Shown: one piece after another, positions 42,080 through 54,935 of the stretch
Layout of the letters: each line of letters starts with the position of its first letter
Position numbering within the stretch: the first letter of the stretch is position 1
Assembly: GCA_965113315.1 (NCBI GenBank)
Contig: OZ220363.1
DNA from: Podarcis vaucheri
Taxonomy: Eukaryota
DNA: 64,000 nt
Reading direction: 5' to 3' (one strand)
Notes under the pieces: generated by a model
Database searches by the model: none
Told to the model about the DNA's origin: nothing
Seen by the model: the letters and a program-made list of their open reading frames with translations, nothing else
Translations under genes and position numbers: made by a program

Positions 42080-43950
42080 GGGAGGATGCGGAGCCGATGG
42101 AGCTGGGAGGGAAGGCGACGGGTCTTCCTCCTAGTGATGGAAGCCAAGGATACAGGCTGCTCTCCCCGGCCGAGCAGGTCTGCTGCAGGTGCCAGCCCAG
42201 CTTCTTCCGGCTCTGGCGGCGGCTGCAACCCGCCGCTACCCGGCAAGGTCAGCTCTTGCATGCCCGCCCCGTTCACTTCCTGCTTGGAAAGCAGCCGCCA
42301 CTTACCTAGCGCCCCGGGGAAAGTCATGGCAGACGCTCGCCGAGCCTCGGCGGCGCGGGCGGCAGGCAAGGAGCCTTCTTTCCCCCAGCCAGAGCGGACA
42401 GGAGTCAGTCGCCGGCTGGCCGGAGGAGAAAGCAGAAGAGGGAGGAGCCGCCGGAGCCAGCAGCTGCTGCTGCCGCACTCCCGCTGCGCTCTGCAGCTCC
42501 CGCAGTGAGGCAGCCAGGCCGGCCGGGCAATGCCCGCTGCCCGCTCCGCCCGCCCGCCCCTGTTCTGGGATGGGGTCATCTCCCCAGCCCGGGAAGGACT
42601 GGGCGGCGAGGGTGGGGGGTGGGAAGAGGGGTCAGGCTTCAACCTGACGGGGGCGAAACGTTTTGCTTCCTGCCTGGCAAAGGCGGCCCCATCCTTGGCG
42701 AGGCGAGAGCAGGCGCCATCTGCTCCCCGCTAGCGCGCGCCTTTCCCGCGGAGGCGCAGGACGGGCTGCCTCGTCTCCTCTCCGCTTCACATCCCCCCTC
42801 CCGGGGGGGGGGCGCCCCATTTTCTCTTCCCGCGCCTCTCGGAGCTGCTTCACCCGGGATGCTCACCCAGCGCTGAAGCCCCCCTCCGTCGTCCTATTTT
42901 GCCCTGCGCACTGAGTGGCAACGGGGGAGAGCGCGCGCGAACACGCAATTTACAGACACACAAGGCGTAGCTGCGCCGAATCTACCTCAGAGGGGTGTCC
43001 TTGGAGAGATGGTCTGTCAGGAAAATGTCGAGCGGTAGCCAGTTCCCGGGCACCCACCTTTCTCCACGCCTCGCTCTCGCGGCAGCAACAGGAGTGGCAG
43101 CTCCTCCTCGAGCCTCTCCAGCGCCAGCATGAAACTTCTCCCAAGGAAGAGGAGGGCTCAGGTTACTAAGCGCCGCCGGCTCAGTCCCTCTGGTGGAGAG
43201 AGGGCGCCAGGCCGCGCGGGCACGCCTTGCGGGGAAGCTGCCCTTCCCGGCCGAGGCGCTTCGTAACCTGGGCTGCAGTAGCGTGTGTCTCCCCGAGGTT
43301 GCGCCGAGAGGGCGCCTGTCTCCTGAGCGTCCCGCTTATCAGCGCCTCGCACGGCTGCAGACACCGAAAGTCTCGCAGCCAGAGGAAAAGAGATTCCTCG
43401 GCCCAGACGCTCTCGCTGTTTGCGGGTAGATAACCAACGCGGAGCGTCAACACGGGAGAGTGTGGCGTCGCTTGCCTGACCATTGAATTCAAGGAAGCCT
43501 GACGCGCGTCACTTTCTTTGAATCCAAGCGCCAAGTTGCGACGTGCGAAGGCGAAATAGGTTCCTGCGCCTTTAATTAGTTGTGGCGAAAATGAAACTTC
43601 TTCGGCAAAAAAAAGTCTGCGCGTCTGTTGAAGGCGCAGGAGCCTTTTTTCGTCTTTTGCTTCGGGGCCACCCTAGCCCTGAGGCTGCAATCGTGTGCAC
43701 GTTTATGGGGGAGCAAATAATAGTGCAGTTCTGTCGGGATCTGCTCTGAAGTAAGACCTTTTGAGGCCAACAGGACTTGCAAAGTAAACTCTGTGGGACT
43801 TGCTGCTTCTGAGTCACCGTCCACATATCTGGAAGGGAGCCGAAGCGCGCTGCGGGCAAAGGCAACCCGAAAGGGCTCTGGCTCACGTCCAGAGAAAGGC
43901 TTCCTATTGCCGCAGGAAGGTGGTTTGACCGCATCCTTCCGCACAATGCT
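42080..43950. promoter_or_regulatory. CpG island / AMPD3 promoter region
   Basis: Sharp rise in GC and CpG density against the CpG-depleted background; tandem GC boxes (CCGCCC) at ~42546-42560. Confidence 0.85.
42306..42327 (-). CDS. AMPD3: Putative AMPD3 first coding exon (MTFPGAL, giving [14 protein letters not shown]...)
   Basis: GCC-ATG context, 22 nt ending G|GTAAGT. Phase 1 matches exon 2. Lies in the CpG island. Confidence 0.75.
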
Positions 43951-46900
43951 GTGTTAGCGTCGTAATAAGCGTTATCATGATTTAGCTGAAACCCATCCAA
44001 AACTCCTTGAGGAAACATTAGGCAAGAGTAACTTGCCGTTATTGGGCCCGATCCAGACAAAGCGGAACGTTTTTAAAGGCCCGTTGATTTCACCTGGAGA
44101 GATGTAAACATGCACATAGCTCTTCTGTTGACATCAGTTGGATTTACATGAGATTGAATTCCCTGCTATTATGTGTTCAAGGGTTGCTGGAGCAGGAGGG
44201 GGGGGGCGTGATCTGGGACAGCAAGTTCCATTCATTTATAAAACAAGAACTCTGTATAGTGTAGATTCTGTATTATATCATAGAACTAACAGTACACAGA
44301 AAATATCGTCATGCACAACCCACCCCAGTCTCTGAGCCTGAGAGGCACCAGGGGTTCCAGTGTTTACTTGTGATGTGGATTCTTTGACTGTTGTGATTTT
44401 AGGATACATGGTTTTATTCACACATATAAGAAACCTGTGTATAGGATGGAGGGGCTCACAGCATGAACATCCCCACAGATCTTGGTTCTGCTTTAGGTTT
44501 CCAGAGGAGCCCTGAAGTCTAACAAGGGAAGAGCAAGACATTTTCCCCTGTCTGCAGCTTTTAGCCTGTTTCCAACTATGGCTATTGTTCTGCCAAGTAG
44601 CAAGCTAGGTGAGCTGCTTGGGGAAAGGCCCACTCATTAGTTGTATGACACAGAATAGTTTAATTGACTACGAACCCCAAAATTGGATATCTCCTCCAAA
44701 CCGGTGCCAAAGTTTTGCAGTCGTTTTGCAGCATTTTGCACTGGTTTGCAGGGGACCCCAAATTTCTGTGTTCATAAATAATGAAGCTGAGCAGAATTAC
44801 TTACTTGGTTATGCTAAAACCAACCAGCCAGCCAAAGCCATTACCTTGATAAAGGAACTGGTTTGGCAAGCTTCCTTTGCATTCTACTGTCCTGGATGCA
44901 GGATCACAGGTTCTGGAAGGGAACCCAGGGTTCCATCCACACTCCCCACCCCCACCCCCAGCTCATAACAGTAGAATATATTATATTAGAGGTCCTCTCC
45001 AAGGGCAGTGAGCTTGGGGCTGAGGAAATCCAATAGTACAACCCCATGCCACACTGCAAGCTCCTTTTGCAACTGAGGTGACTTTCAAAAGAAATTTCTG
45101 GTGTGGAATGAAATTAAAACCATGCTAGGCATAGTCAAGCCCTCCAGCATTCCTAAAGTAGCTCATTGGATCACAGCCAGTGTAAACTCTATTGGATGCA
45201 GTCCCCATAACATTAAGTGAAAATAAAGTTGGTTCTTAAAAAAAAAAAAAAGTATTACTTGACTTAAGAGAGTTTTCTATGAGGCTGGTTCTGGCCAGGA
45301 CTTAATGCATGCCTAGAATATAGTTCCACAACCTGTTCTGCATGTGGGACTTCTAAATATACAGAGTTCATGTCCTTCACAAGTGAGTAATGGCCAGGCC
45401 TCACGCACTTGAAATTAGAGGGCAGAACTAACCATCCGCAGCATTTGACTCCAGGGAGACTAAGCCCCACCATCTCCTATTTAAAAATGATGCACTACCT
45501 GCAGTTCCACTGCAGGCAGTGTTGCTTTTTTGCTTAGAGCTGGTGAGAGTAGTGGGAACATTTACTTTATTTCTACATTGGATGGTTTGCACCCCACTGA
45601 GCCTGGCAGAGCTGAAAGGGTTTGTGAGTTGCTGACTAAGCACCCTTGGGGAAGTGTGCCTATGAAGCCTAAATGGGTAATGGATGTCAGCCTGTGTCTG
45701 GGTTGGTAATTAAACGTTAAGGCATGCGCTTCTTTTAGTAAGATGAATGTGGTTTTTAAAAGTGTCTTGCTGAGGCAGAAAATTTATTGTACAGTACACA
45801 TTTGCCCCAATATAATTTATCACTGTTGCTGAGCATGTATGTTAAAAAATAACAAGCAGCTGGCAACATACCAGTATGTTTCTTGCTATGTTTTTGTTTA
45901 TATTTCAATTGTAAGAACCCAAGAAAACCCCTGATGGATCAGACCAAAGGCTTGTTAATTCCAGCATCCTATTCCCTGCAGTGAACAACCAGTTGCCAGG
46001 CTATATGTGTAGGCAGCATGGGAGCCTGTGGAACCACAAATCTCATCATCCCTGACCATTGGCCATGCTGGCTGGGGATGAAAGCCAACATCTCCAGTTC
46101 TTTCATGTACATCCACAAGCTCCCCACTCCTGCAACATAGCCCTTGCCTGCTGATGCTCTTCAGCCACTGATATTCAGGAGCAGGCTGCCCCAATTCTGG
46201 ATAAAGCATGTTGCCATCATAAAAAATAGCTGCTGATAGCCTGAGACACAAGAAACTGGCCTAAAGCAATTCTGGTGTAAGTTAAGGTAGCATAAAGCTC
46301 ACCCGGAGCCCCATTGAGGAATGGAGCTGACTGAGACAGTCTCAGCCTGGCAGAGGGCAAACGAGCCTCTAAAAGAGTATTTGATTTACACCACCCATTT
46401 TGCTGGCTTGATTTACACAAGGTTGCCAGGTCACATGAAGGATGCAGGCATATCTCTGACTGAGCTGAGGATGAAGGAATTAAATTGGACAGAGATCTGT
46501 TGAATCATAGCCCTACTCATCCTTGCAGATCTTTCTGTAGGACTGGTCCCTCATTCAATATCCATTAATTTGTCTAATCCCTTAGCCATCTAAATTGGTG
46601 GCTGTCACCACAAACATTTTGTGCATGAAGAAGTAATACCCTGGAAATATTTTTACACTAGAGGCTAGGATATAAATTGTTTAAATAGGCTATATTTATG
46701 TTTCTTATATGAATTTTCAAAACAGTATGACAACTAAAAATAAAAAATCCTCCACATTGATAAAGAAACTGTACACAATTTTATTGTTTGTAATAATACT
46801 ATGGAATATTGCTTAGAAAACATTTGCCCCCCAAAAGTAATTAGACATCAGATATGGATTAAATTCCATTCTCACAAAATGTATTAAATTGCTTTTAGAT

Positions 46901-49189
46901 TTTTAAGCTGTTTTAAGAAGCTTTATTGGGAGGTGACCCACAAAATGGAAGAAACAAACAAAATCAGTGGTCACGGGATCCAGCAGATTCTTTAGGTAGG
47001 ATGAAACCACACTTCTTCACGTTTCTACTGCAAGCACAGTCTGCATTCCCACCTATATACCATATGAAACATCTGAGTTGCTGGGGTTTTATCTGTTGTG
47101 ACCTCATTGATATTATGTAAACAGCAGTTATGCAAGGAATGAAAGCTGCTCAGGCAGATATTAGATTATGTAACACAGTGGATTCTTGTTAGGGGATTTC
47201 TTTGTATCTACTGTGTTCAAGGATTTGAGGAAGAGGAGGAAGTATTGAGAAGAAGCCACATTTGCTTTCTTTTTTTATGTGAAATATGTAACCATAGGGA
47301 GGTCCCTAGTTCCAGTGCCAACCCTGCTAGGGTAGTAGCGTTGGGGAACCCATCGTAGTCCTTTCTGTCTGCTAATGCCAGCTGCTTATGGGGCACAGGA
47401 TTTGCCCCCCGTCCATGCTTTATGCTGGTTTCCTCTAGGAAACAGCTGAATTCCAAGTCACTGTCTTGACAAGACTCCCGTCTCTCCTCCCCTCTCTCAG
47501 ACACTTTAACGACCAGTGGTGCAGCCCAAGCAGCCCTTGGGGGCAAACCAGCCCTGTAGGGTGTTCAGAAACCAGTGCAGCCCAGATATGAAATAAAGCA
47601 GGTCATTCAGATGGAGGATTTTGAAAAATGTATTGGGAGAGAGCGAGAGAGAGCAAGTATGCAGCCCCAAAATGGAACTGAAACACTTTATCAGCATATT
47701 GAGCTAACTAATCCTACACTTAATCCAAACTAACGCTGCAGAACGTCCTCCGATGCTGGAAGCTGCAGGCATCCGTTGCAGCTTGGGGGTTCAAAAGGTT
47801 ACATGGCCACAGCCCATCTCTCGCCTTGCTAGACAGGATTTAATTAGGAACTTTGTGTGTTTAGGAAGGGAGGTGCCTTATTCTCTAGGCTTAGTGGAGG
47901 GCAGGACTCTTGTCACAAACTATGGTGCCCTACTTCCCCAGGTGACAAGAACTAAAAGGGCAACATTATAGGATTTGCCTGAATGCGGGAAAGACCACTG
48001 GAGACTCATGATTACTACAATACCTATTGATTTACCAATATACACACGCAGCATAGGGGAAACAGACAAGCAACCAGATAGGCACGACCAGAAAAGTAAG
48101 ATCAGTTTTTTCAAAGCAAATTGCATGCTCTGCAGCCCCACCCCCCAATACCATAGAAACTAGCAGAAGAGGTGAAAAGGTCAGGCTGCATTTTATGTGC
48201 AAACAGCTTCTTTCCACACGCAGCATAGACAGGCAGAACACTTCACTCAAGCTGCACCTGGCAAGGAGATGGTCAATGAAAGACAACTTCTTCAGCTGTA
48301 CCATAAAGTCTAGGGAACAGGGTCACCTCCTCCCTTGACAAACAGCATTTCTACTGTGTCTTTCGGAATGATTTTGAGAAGGAAATGTGGGCTGCATTTC
48401 CCTCATCATAGTGCTAACACAGTGGTTTGGAAAACAAGCAATGACATCCCCACCCCTCATCTGGGCTCCCAAACGCCCTGGAAGTGGGGGGGGGGAGGAG
48501 GAGGAGGAAACAGCCTCAAGTGAGGAAAGATGACCCTGCAGGCATGGAAGGGGTTCAGCATCCCTCCCTCTTGCCTACTGATCCCTGCACTCCCATTACT
48601 TGAGCAAATGCATGGCTAAGACCACACATTTGCCAACATAACACCTCCTTTTGCTCTCACCCTGGCCTGCTGGTTAAGAGTGTGGCACTTGCAAGGGAGA
48701 AAAGGTAGGCAGGTGAGTGGTGCTGAAGCCTTGCCTTGCCTGTCAGTTCACATCCACCCACCTGCGAGGATCCCCACCCATGGCCCAAACACAAGCGCAG
48801 ATGACGGCATTGCTCTGGAAGGGCCACCGTCCCCCACTCCAGGCCAGAGGAGGACAGTGTCTCACAGGACTACTCACATTCAGAAGATTCATTCCCAGGG
48901 GCAGCCCTCATCTCCCAGCTTGCCTTATGAGCCAACCACCCTAGAAAAAAGACAGTGGCCCTTTAAGGGCACAGACAGATCCTCAAAGGGGGCAGGGCCA
49001 GGAGCAGGGATAATCTGAGCAATCCTCTGAAGAGTTCAGAGCATCTCCCTGATGCGGCAGCCTCCCCTCCATTGGTTAAAATAAGCGAGTCACCATTCTC
49101 ACAGGGATGTCCACTTCTGACTGGTTTATGTAGTACTTGCCCTGATTCAGGAAGATGAGACTCTGCAACCCCCAAGCCACGGAGATAGG

Positions 49190-49720
49190 TAACTCTACAA
49201 CCTTTAGAAGACATTTGAAGGCAGGCCTGTATAGGGAAGTTTTTTTTTTTAATGTTCAATGTTTTATTAAGTTTTTATATATGTTGGAATAAAGGACACG
49301 AGTGGTGCTGTGGGTTAAACCACAGAGCCTAGGATTTGCCAATCAGAAGGTCGGCGGTTCGAATCCCCGCAATGGGGTGAGCTCCCGTTGCTTGGTCCCT
49401 CCTCCTGCCAACCTAGCAGTTCAAAAGCATGCCCAAAAGTGCAAGTAGATAAATAGGTACTGCTCTGGCAGGAAGGTAAACGGTGTTTCCGTGCACTGCT
49501 CTGGTTTGCCAGAAGTGGCTTAGTCATGCTGTCCACATGACCCGGAAGCTGTACGCCGGCTCCCTCGGCCAATAAAGCGAGATGAGCGCCACAACCCCAG
49601 AGTCGGTCACGACTGGACCTAATAGTCAGGGGTCCCTTTACCCTATATATGTTGGAAGCTGCCCATCTGGCTGGGGCAACCCAGTCAGATGCATGGGGTA
49701 TAAATAATAACATAATCATC
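49190..49720 (+). mobile_element. L2-like LINE 3' end interrupted by a Sauria SINE
   Basis: TTTAGAAGACATTTGAAGGCAG...GGCTGGGGCAACCCAGTCAGATG...GGTATAAATAATAA; related copies at 57908-58118 (-) and ~25420-25490. Confidence 0.7.
49290..49643 (+). mobile_element. Full-length Sauria SINE
   Basis: tRNA head with GGTTCGAATCCC B box, GGGGTCCCTTTACC tail, 14-bp TSD TATATATGTTGGAA at 49276-49289 and 49644-49657. Confidence 0.92.
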
Positions 49721-49792
49721 GGAATAGGATGTCCCTATTTTCATCAGAGAAATGTGGGTGGGTATGTTTGCCTTGACTGGATTTGACTCTGC

Positions 49793-50012
49793 TTTATTTA
49801 TTTTATTTCTTCGTTTATATCCCACTTTTACTTCAAGGCGTGGTATACATGTTTTCCCCTTTCCCATCTCATCCTCACAACAACCCTCTGAAGTAGGTTA
49901 GGCTGAAAGAAAGAGTGGCTAGCCCCTATGAGCTTCAGGGCTGTGTTGGGATTTGAACCCTGGTCCCCCAGGCCCTAGTCCAACACTCTAACCATTACAC
50001 CTTGCTGGCTCC
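49793..50012 (-). mobile_element. tRNA-derived SINE, same family as 18177-18480
   Basis: Reverse B box GGGATTTGAACC, A box CACTCTAACCA, T-rich tail. Confidence 0.75.
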
Positions 50013-52117
50013 CAAACTGTGCTGGCTATAGCTGCCTTGACCTGGTCTTCCCAAATGTGACTTGACTTTATATGTACCGTTAGTCTGCCCTGCCAGTGGC
50101 TGCCACTGTCCCAGTCTGCTTTCCCTGTGAGCTCTTCCTTATGCCTGCCTCTCTCTTCTGTTGGGCTAATTTATGAGATGATGATGATGATGAGCCAGCT
50201 GGAGAGCAAGCAAGTGGGATGGAGTGGAGGACCCAACTTGGAAGAAGAGGATGGCAGGGCAAGGGTTAAACACTTTCCTGATGGTGCACTATAACTTTCC
50301 TGCCACCTTTTCATTACTGCTAACTTGACAAGCTATGTACTTTTGTAAATGAAGAAAATCTTTGATAATAATAAAAAACTAGGCATGTAGTTTGGAAATC
50401 CCACCGTTGCCCCATAACATGTATTTCTGCCCTAACATTTCACAGAATGGATAGCCCTATTTTTTCCACAGGCAGTGAAAAAGTATATTTCTCAGACAAA
50501 AAGGGAAGAGAGTTATTGCAAAGGCAACTGAAGCCAGGCTGGATTAAGGAAACTTCACATCTTACTGCTTGCTTAATCAAGCCATTTCTCCCCCACCCCG
50601 GCCTTAGTTTTGTTGGAGAAGGAAGTAGATTTCAGAGTTTCTGGCCTGATGCCCAGTAAAGGTTGGGCAAACTTTTCTTCATAGCTTTTCCTGACAATAT
50701 GAACTATTACAGGAACAGATGGCCTGTGGCACCCAACACCTACTCCATTTTACTTTCTGTATCAGAAGAAGATTCTCTTTAAGCTGACCTCTCTCTACAT
50801 AGTATGAATAAAACCAAGTGCAGGCAAATACGATGCAGGGCTAGAAAGCACTCCATGGAAGCCACAAGTGATCTCTACAAATGAAGATGGAGACGCTTTT
50901 AAAAAAATCAGCACAAGTCTCAATCAGTGATTTATAATGAGCAGCTGTTCCACTATTTTATTGTGTTTTGTTTGCAAAATGTGCTGCCTGTTCGAGATCA
51001 TTTGAACAGGACAGGACAGGAGCTGGTTCATTCCCAGATGAGTCACTGGGCAACCAGTGTTATTAGCTCATTTCACTTGATGTCTTCTTGAGAGTCTGAC
51101 AGGTGGGGGCAGGCCCACAGGTAGGATCTGCTGATAAAGACTGTGTGGTCAGGTAGGTCTAAGCAGGACTGGGCAAGAAATAATCCAGGCAAAATGACTG
51201 ACAAACCCAAATGTCTATAAATATTAATGACTGAAGGCAGGCTTAGCTAAAAAGTTAATGCAGCTCTCTATTGGTATCTGCAAACATATATAATTTGTGC
51301 ACTGAGCTTACACTGGAAGCACACTTGTCTCATTTTGTTTAGACATAAAATCTTCACTCCCAGACGGATCTTGGGGGGAAATAAGTTTTGCGTACACCAT
51401 GCAGAGAGCTAAGGCTGCAATCCTACTCAGACATATTCTATTAGAGTCCTACTTAATTCTGTGGGGCTTACTCCCACAGATATGTGGGGTTAGCACTGTA
51501 GCCTTAGTGTCCACTTGCTGACGTCCAGCCAGTCTCGCTCCTCCTATCACCCTGGCTGCAAAGCTGTTTCTGCTTTCAAGAAGGAGGGCTATTAATAGAA
51601 TAAGTGCACTTGCAGCATTGGAGAAATGAAAACGGCAGGGAAGGGGGATAAGGCAGACTGCTCAATCAGTGTTTAATGCTGGGCTGAAATCTAATTAGAG
51701 CAGGAGTGGAGAACCTGCACTCTTTTGATGGGAGTTGTAGGACAACAATGGAGGGCACCACGTTGGCTTGACCTGTGCTATGGTGTCCAGGTTGTGCACC
51801 AGCTGAGGGTGTGGTTGGATTGGATGTGCTAAATGACCATCTATAGGTCCAGGAAAAGCTCATGCCCACGAGTGAATGGGACATTACTGCGTTACTTCTG
51901 GTATTATAAAGCAATGCTGGAAACTGCTTGTTGTGTTTTAGGTACAAGAGAACTCCATCTTAGTTCACTTTCCAGTTATTTCTCACCTCCCCACACTTCC
52001 AGTGGCTCCTTCCAGACCCTCTCCTAAAGGAGGTTTCCTTTAACAGCTGCTGGCTCTGCCCACTGCTGTTCTTGCTATGCAGATACCGGCAGATCTGAAA
52101 GAGTTTGTAACCACTGC

Positions 52118-52235
52118 ATCATAGAATCATAGAATTGTAAAGTTGGAAGGGACCATAAGTGTCATCTAGTCCAACCCCCTGCAGTACAGGAATCTTCTTG
52201 CCCAACATGGGGCTCAAACCATAAATAAGAAGACT
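52118..52235 (-). mobile_element. CR1 LINE 3' terminal fragment
   Basis: ATCATAGAATCATAGAAT octamer tail followed by TTGGAAGGGACC. Confidence 0.7.
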
Positions 52236-53829
52236 ATTCTGATGATGATCTGGCTCAAGACAGTCCACTGCATGAGGCAAAGAACAAAATGGCAACACAC
52301 CTGCCCCATTCCACAAAGAGAAGCCCATTGTAGTGGCAGTTGAATCTTATTTCCATACTAGGAATGGGACAGCATTCTCCACTGCACTGAAAGACAGTAG
52401 GCTAGCTTGGGAGGTCAAAGCAGGCTGTGGAGCAAAGAGAGAGATCTGTCCTCCAAACCTCACTGACATCCCCTTCCTCTCAGCATCTGTTGCCTAAGAT
52501 TGCTGCTTCACTCTGTCTAATGATAGGGCTGGCCCTCATAACATTAATTAGCACTGATATTCTATGACAATTTTGTGACTCATCTAGGATGAACCAGTAA
52601 TCAAAATCCACAACAGCAAGAGCACTTTTAGAAGAAAATGATTGTACAGTCACCTTCTATCTGAAATTCGTAGGCTGGCTCCTTTTGCCTGGAAACTGCA
52701 GTAAAATTGGCAAATGTTCCATTACTGTGCTACTTCCAGATCTATTTAATGATTTATAATCCTCTGAAACAGCTCATTCAAAATGTAGCAATTACTGTGC
52801 AATTATCAGCCAGGCATTGTACAGCCCAGCGGCTGAGTGTGCAGCCTAAACAGACCTATGGTTACAGGCAACAATAGGGTGCAGAGCTGGAAGCACTTAT
52901 TTTAGCCCTGATAATGTTGTTTTCTCTAACTAACCTGCCCTCCCGCATGCAAAAAAAAAGTGCTTCAATGAAGTTGAAGTGGAGAGAAAGGGGATAGAGG
53001 AGCCATTCTGCTTAATGTCACCAGAAAAATAACATATTTGAAATGCTGTAGTTATTACATGAATGTGACTTGAGAGAATTCATGAGGAAGGAGGTAGATG
53101 TGACAGAGAACAGGGCCGGCCAACCCATGAGGCAAGGTGGGGTAACCATCTCGGGTGGCAGGATCTACAGGGGCAGCAGATTCAGCCTCCAAGGAATGCC
53201 TTGCCTGCTGCTGTTGCCTCCTCAGCAACCCCCTCAAGAAGAAAGGCAAAGGCAGAGAGTGCAATGAAACATTAAAAGAAAGTGTGATTGTTTGCCTTAG
53301 ACAGGCCTGTAATGACTGGCTGGCTTAGGTCCCATAATGTCTATCACCTGAAAACATTTTGCCATCATCCTAGCCCACTTTTTTCTACTTTTCTGACTGG
53401 CAGTGGCTCTTCATGATCTCAGGCTGAGTTCCCATTTTTGACAGGATATGACAGGGATCGAACTGCAGGGATTCTTGAAGAATCACAGGGATTCTTGAAG
53501 AATCACAACCACTGCTCATACAGCTCTCTGAATTTTAGCTTCATTCATTCCAATTATTTAGCAATTGCTTCTCAAAGCCAAGCCCTCACAAAGCACCACA
53601 TTGCAACTTCACTATCAATTACCAACAAGCGCAGAATGGCAGCATCTTCAATCATGACATTTGCTGGTGTCTATCTATGGCCCATCTACTTTGAGCATTT
53701 TGGCATCTGCTAAATTGTTGGACGGAAATGACTGGATCATTACAGAGAGCTAATCCTGTAACTATTGTTTATAAATTTCTAATGTTATTTGTTAAGGAAG
53801 AAGTTCAGAGAGGTGTGGAAGTATCATAC

Positions 53830-54180
53830 AACCTTAAAAAAAATGGGAAGTTGCTTTAGAATTTATACAGGATGTTTCCTTAGACTTGAAATTGAGATTA
53901 AGCCAGCAAATATATATATATATAGAGAGAGTATATTGGACTCTACAATATCTGTATAGGAAGACACTATGTAAATAAGATAGATGTTGGCGGTGTAGTG
54001 CTGAGAATGCCTCGTTGAAGCACATGATGTACAGTGATAAATTCATTTGGTCTGTAGTTGTTATCCACATCAATTTTGAATTGATGAAATACAAAATTGA
54101 TATTTGCAGATGTTCATGTTCTTTCAAAATGCTTTCCTGTAGTGTGGGGATTAACAGCAGGTTGACAAAAGTGGCCTTTG
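53830..54180 (+). mobile_element. Degraded L1 ORF2 fragment (zinc-knuckle region)
   Basis: YWTLQYLY...RCWRCSAENASLKHM resembles the CCHC region of non-mammalian L1. Confidence 0.55.
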
Positions 54181-54935
54181 CAAGCCCTTCTGGTTGCTAA
54201 GAGACTTCTACTTCGAGCCTGAAAGGATAAATACGCACATTACACAAAAGTCTGTGGGCGCCACAGTCCTGGCTACATTTGAACGTATTTCATATAGAGG
54301 TGAAAGGCACCCAGAAGAACCTTCCTTGGACAGTTGCTTGACAGACAGTAGGCTAACAGATATAGTGTCCTTTATGGTTCACATTCCTCGTTAGGAAAGC
54401 ATTGTGCTGGTGAAGCATATCTTGCATTGCACTAATGCAGTGGTCCTTCTCCCTTATACGATAGCCTCCCAGCTAGTGTATCTTCTGCCCTATAGGAGAC
54501 AGCAAGATTTACTTGCCAGTCAGCGTGTTTGAACTGATTTATTAAAGTGAAGATAATACCAGAGGTGCTGCCGTCCTGTGTTTAGTCTCTTATTTACACA
54601 TCATAGCTGCATTCAGTTAATGCGTGGAGGGGAAAGCGGGGTCATTTCTGGTACCCGTCTACCCAGATATCCATGCTTTTAAGTGAAGATCTGAACAGAA
54701 CCTACATGCTTTGGCTCTGTATGCACAGTTGCCCTGCTTTCTGCAATGCTCCAAACTGTGTAGAGAGAAGCTGTATGTGTACAACTTGTACACATGCATG
54801 TTCCATTCAGCTCTTCATGTGGGCACATGAAGGTGGAGATGGGGACCGCAGGCAGGTACCCAGTTCTCTAACCTCATCTATGCATTCACCAAATGCACAT
54901 TTGTCATGTGAATATGGCCGTACAATTGCATTATA

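Noticed and set aside
42008-44060. Many long ORFs on both strands, suggesting a divergent gene
   Set aside because: Expected in a CpG island; no domain or exon chain on the + strand.
49093-49214. Possible distal AMPD3 first coding exon (MSSKGCRV...CEN, phase 1)
   Set aside because: The ATG lies inside a LINE fragment and the donor (GTGACT) is weak.
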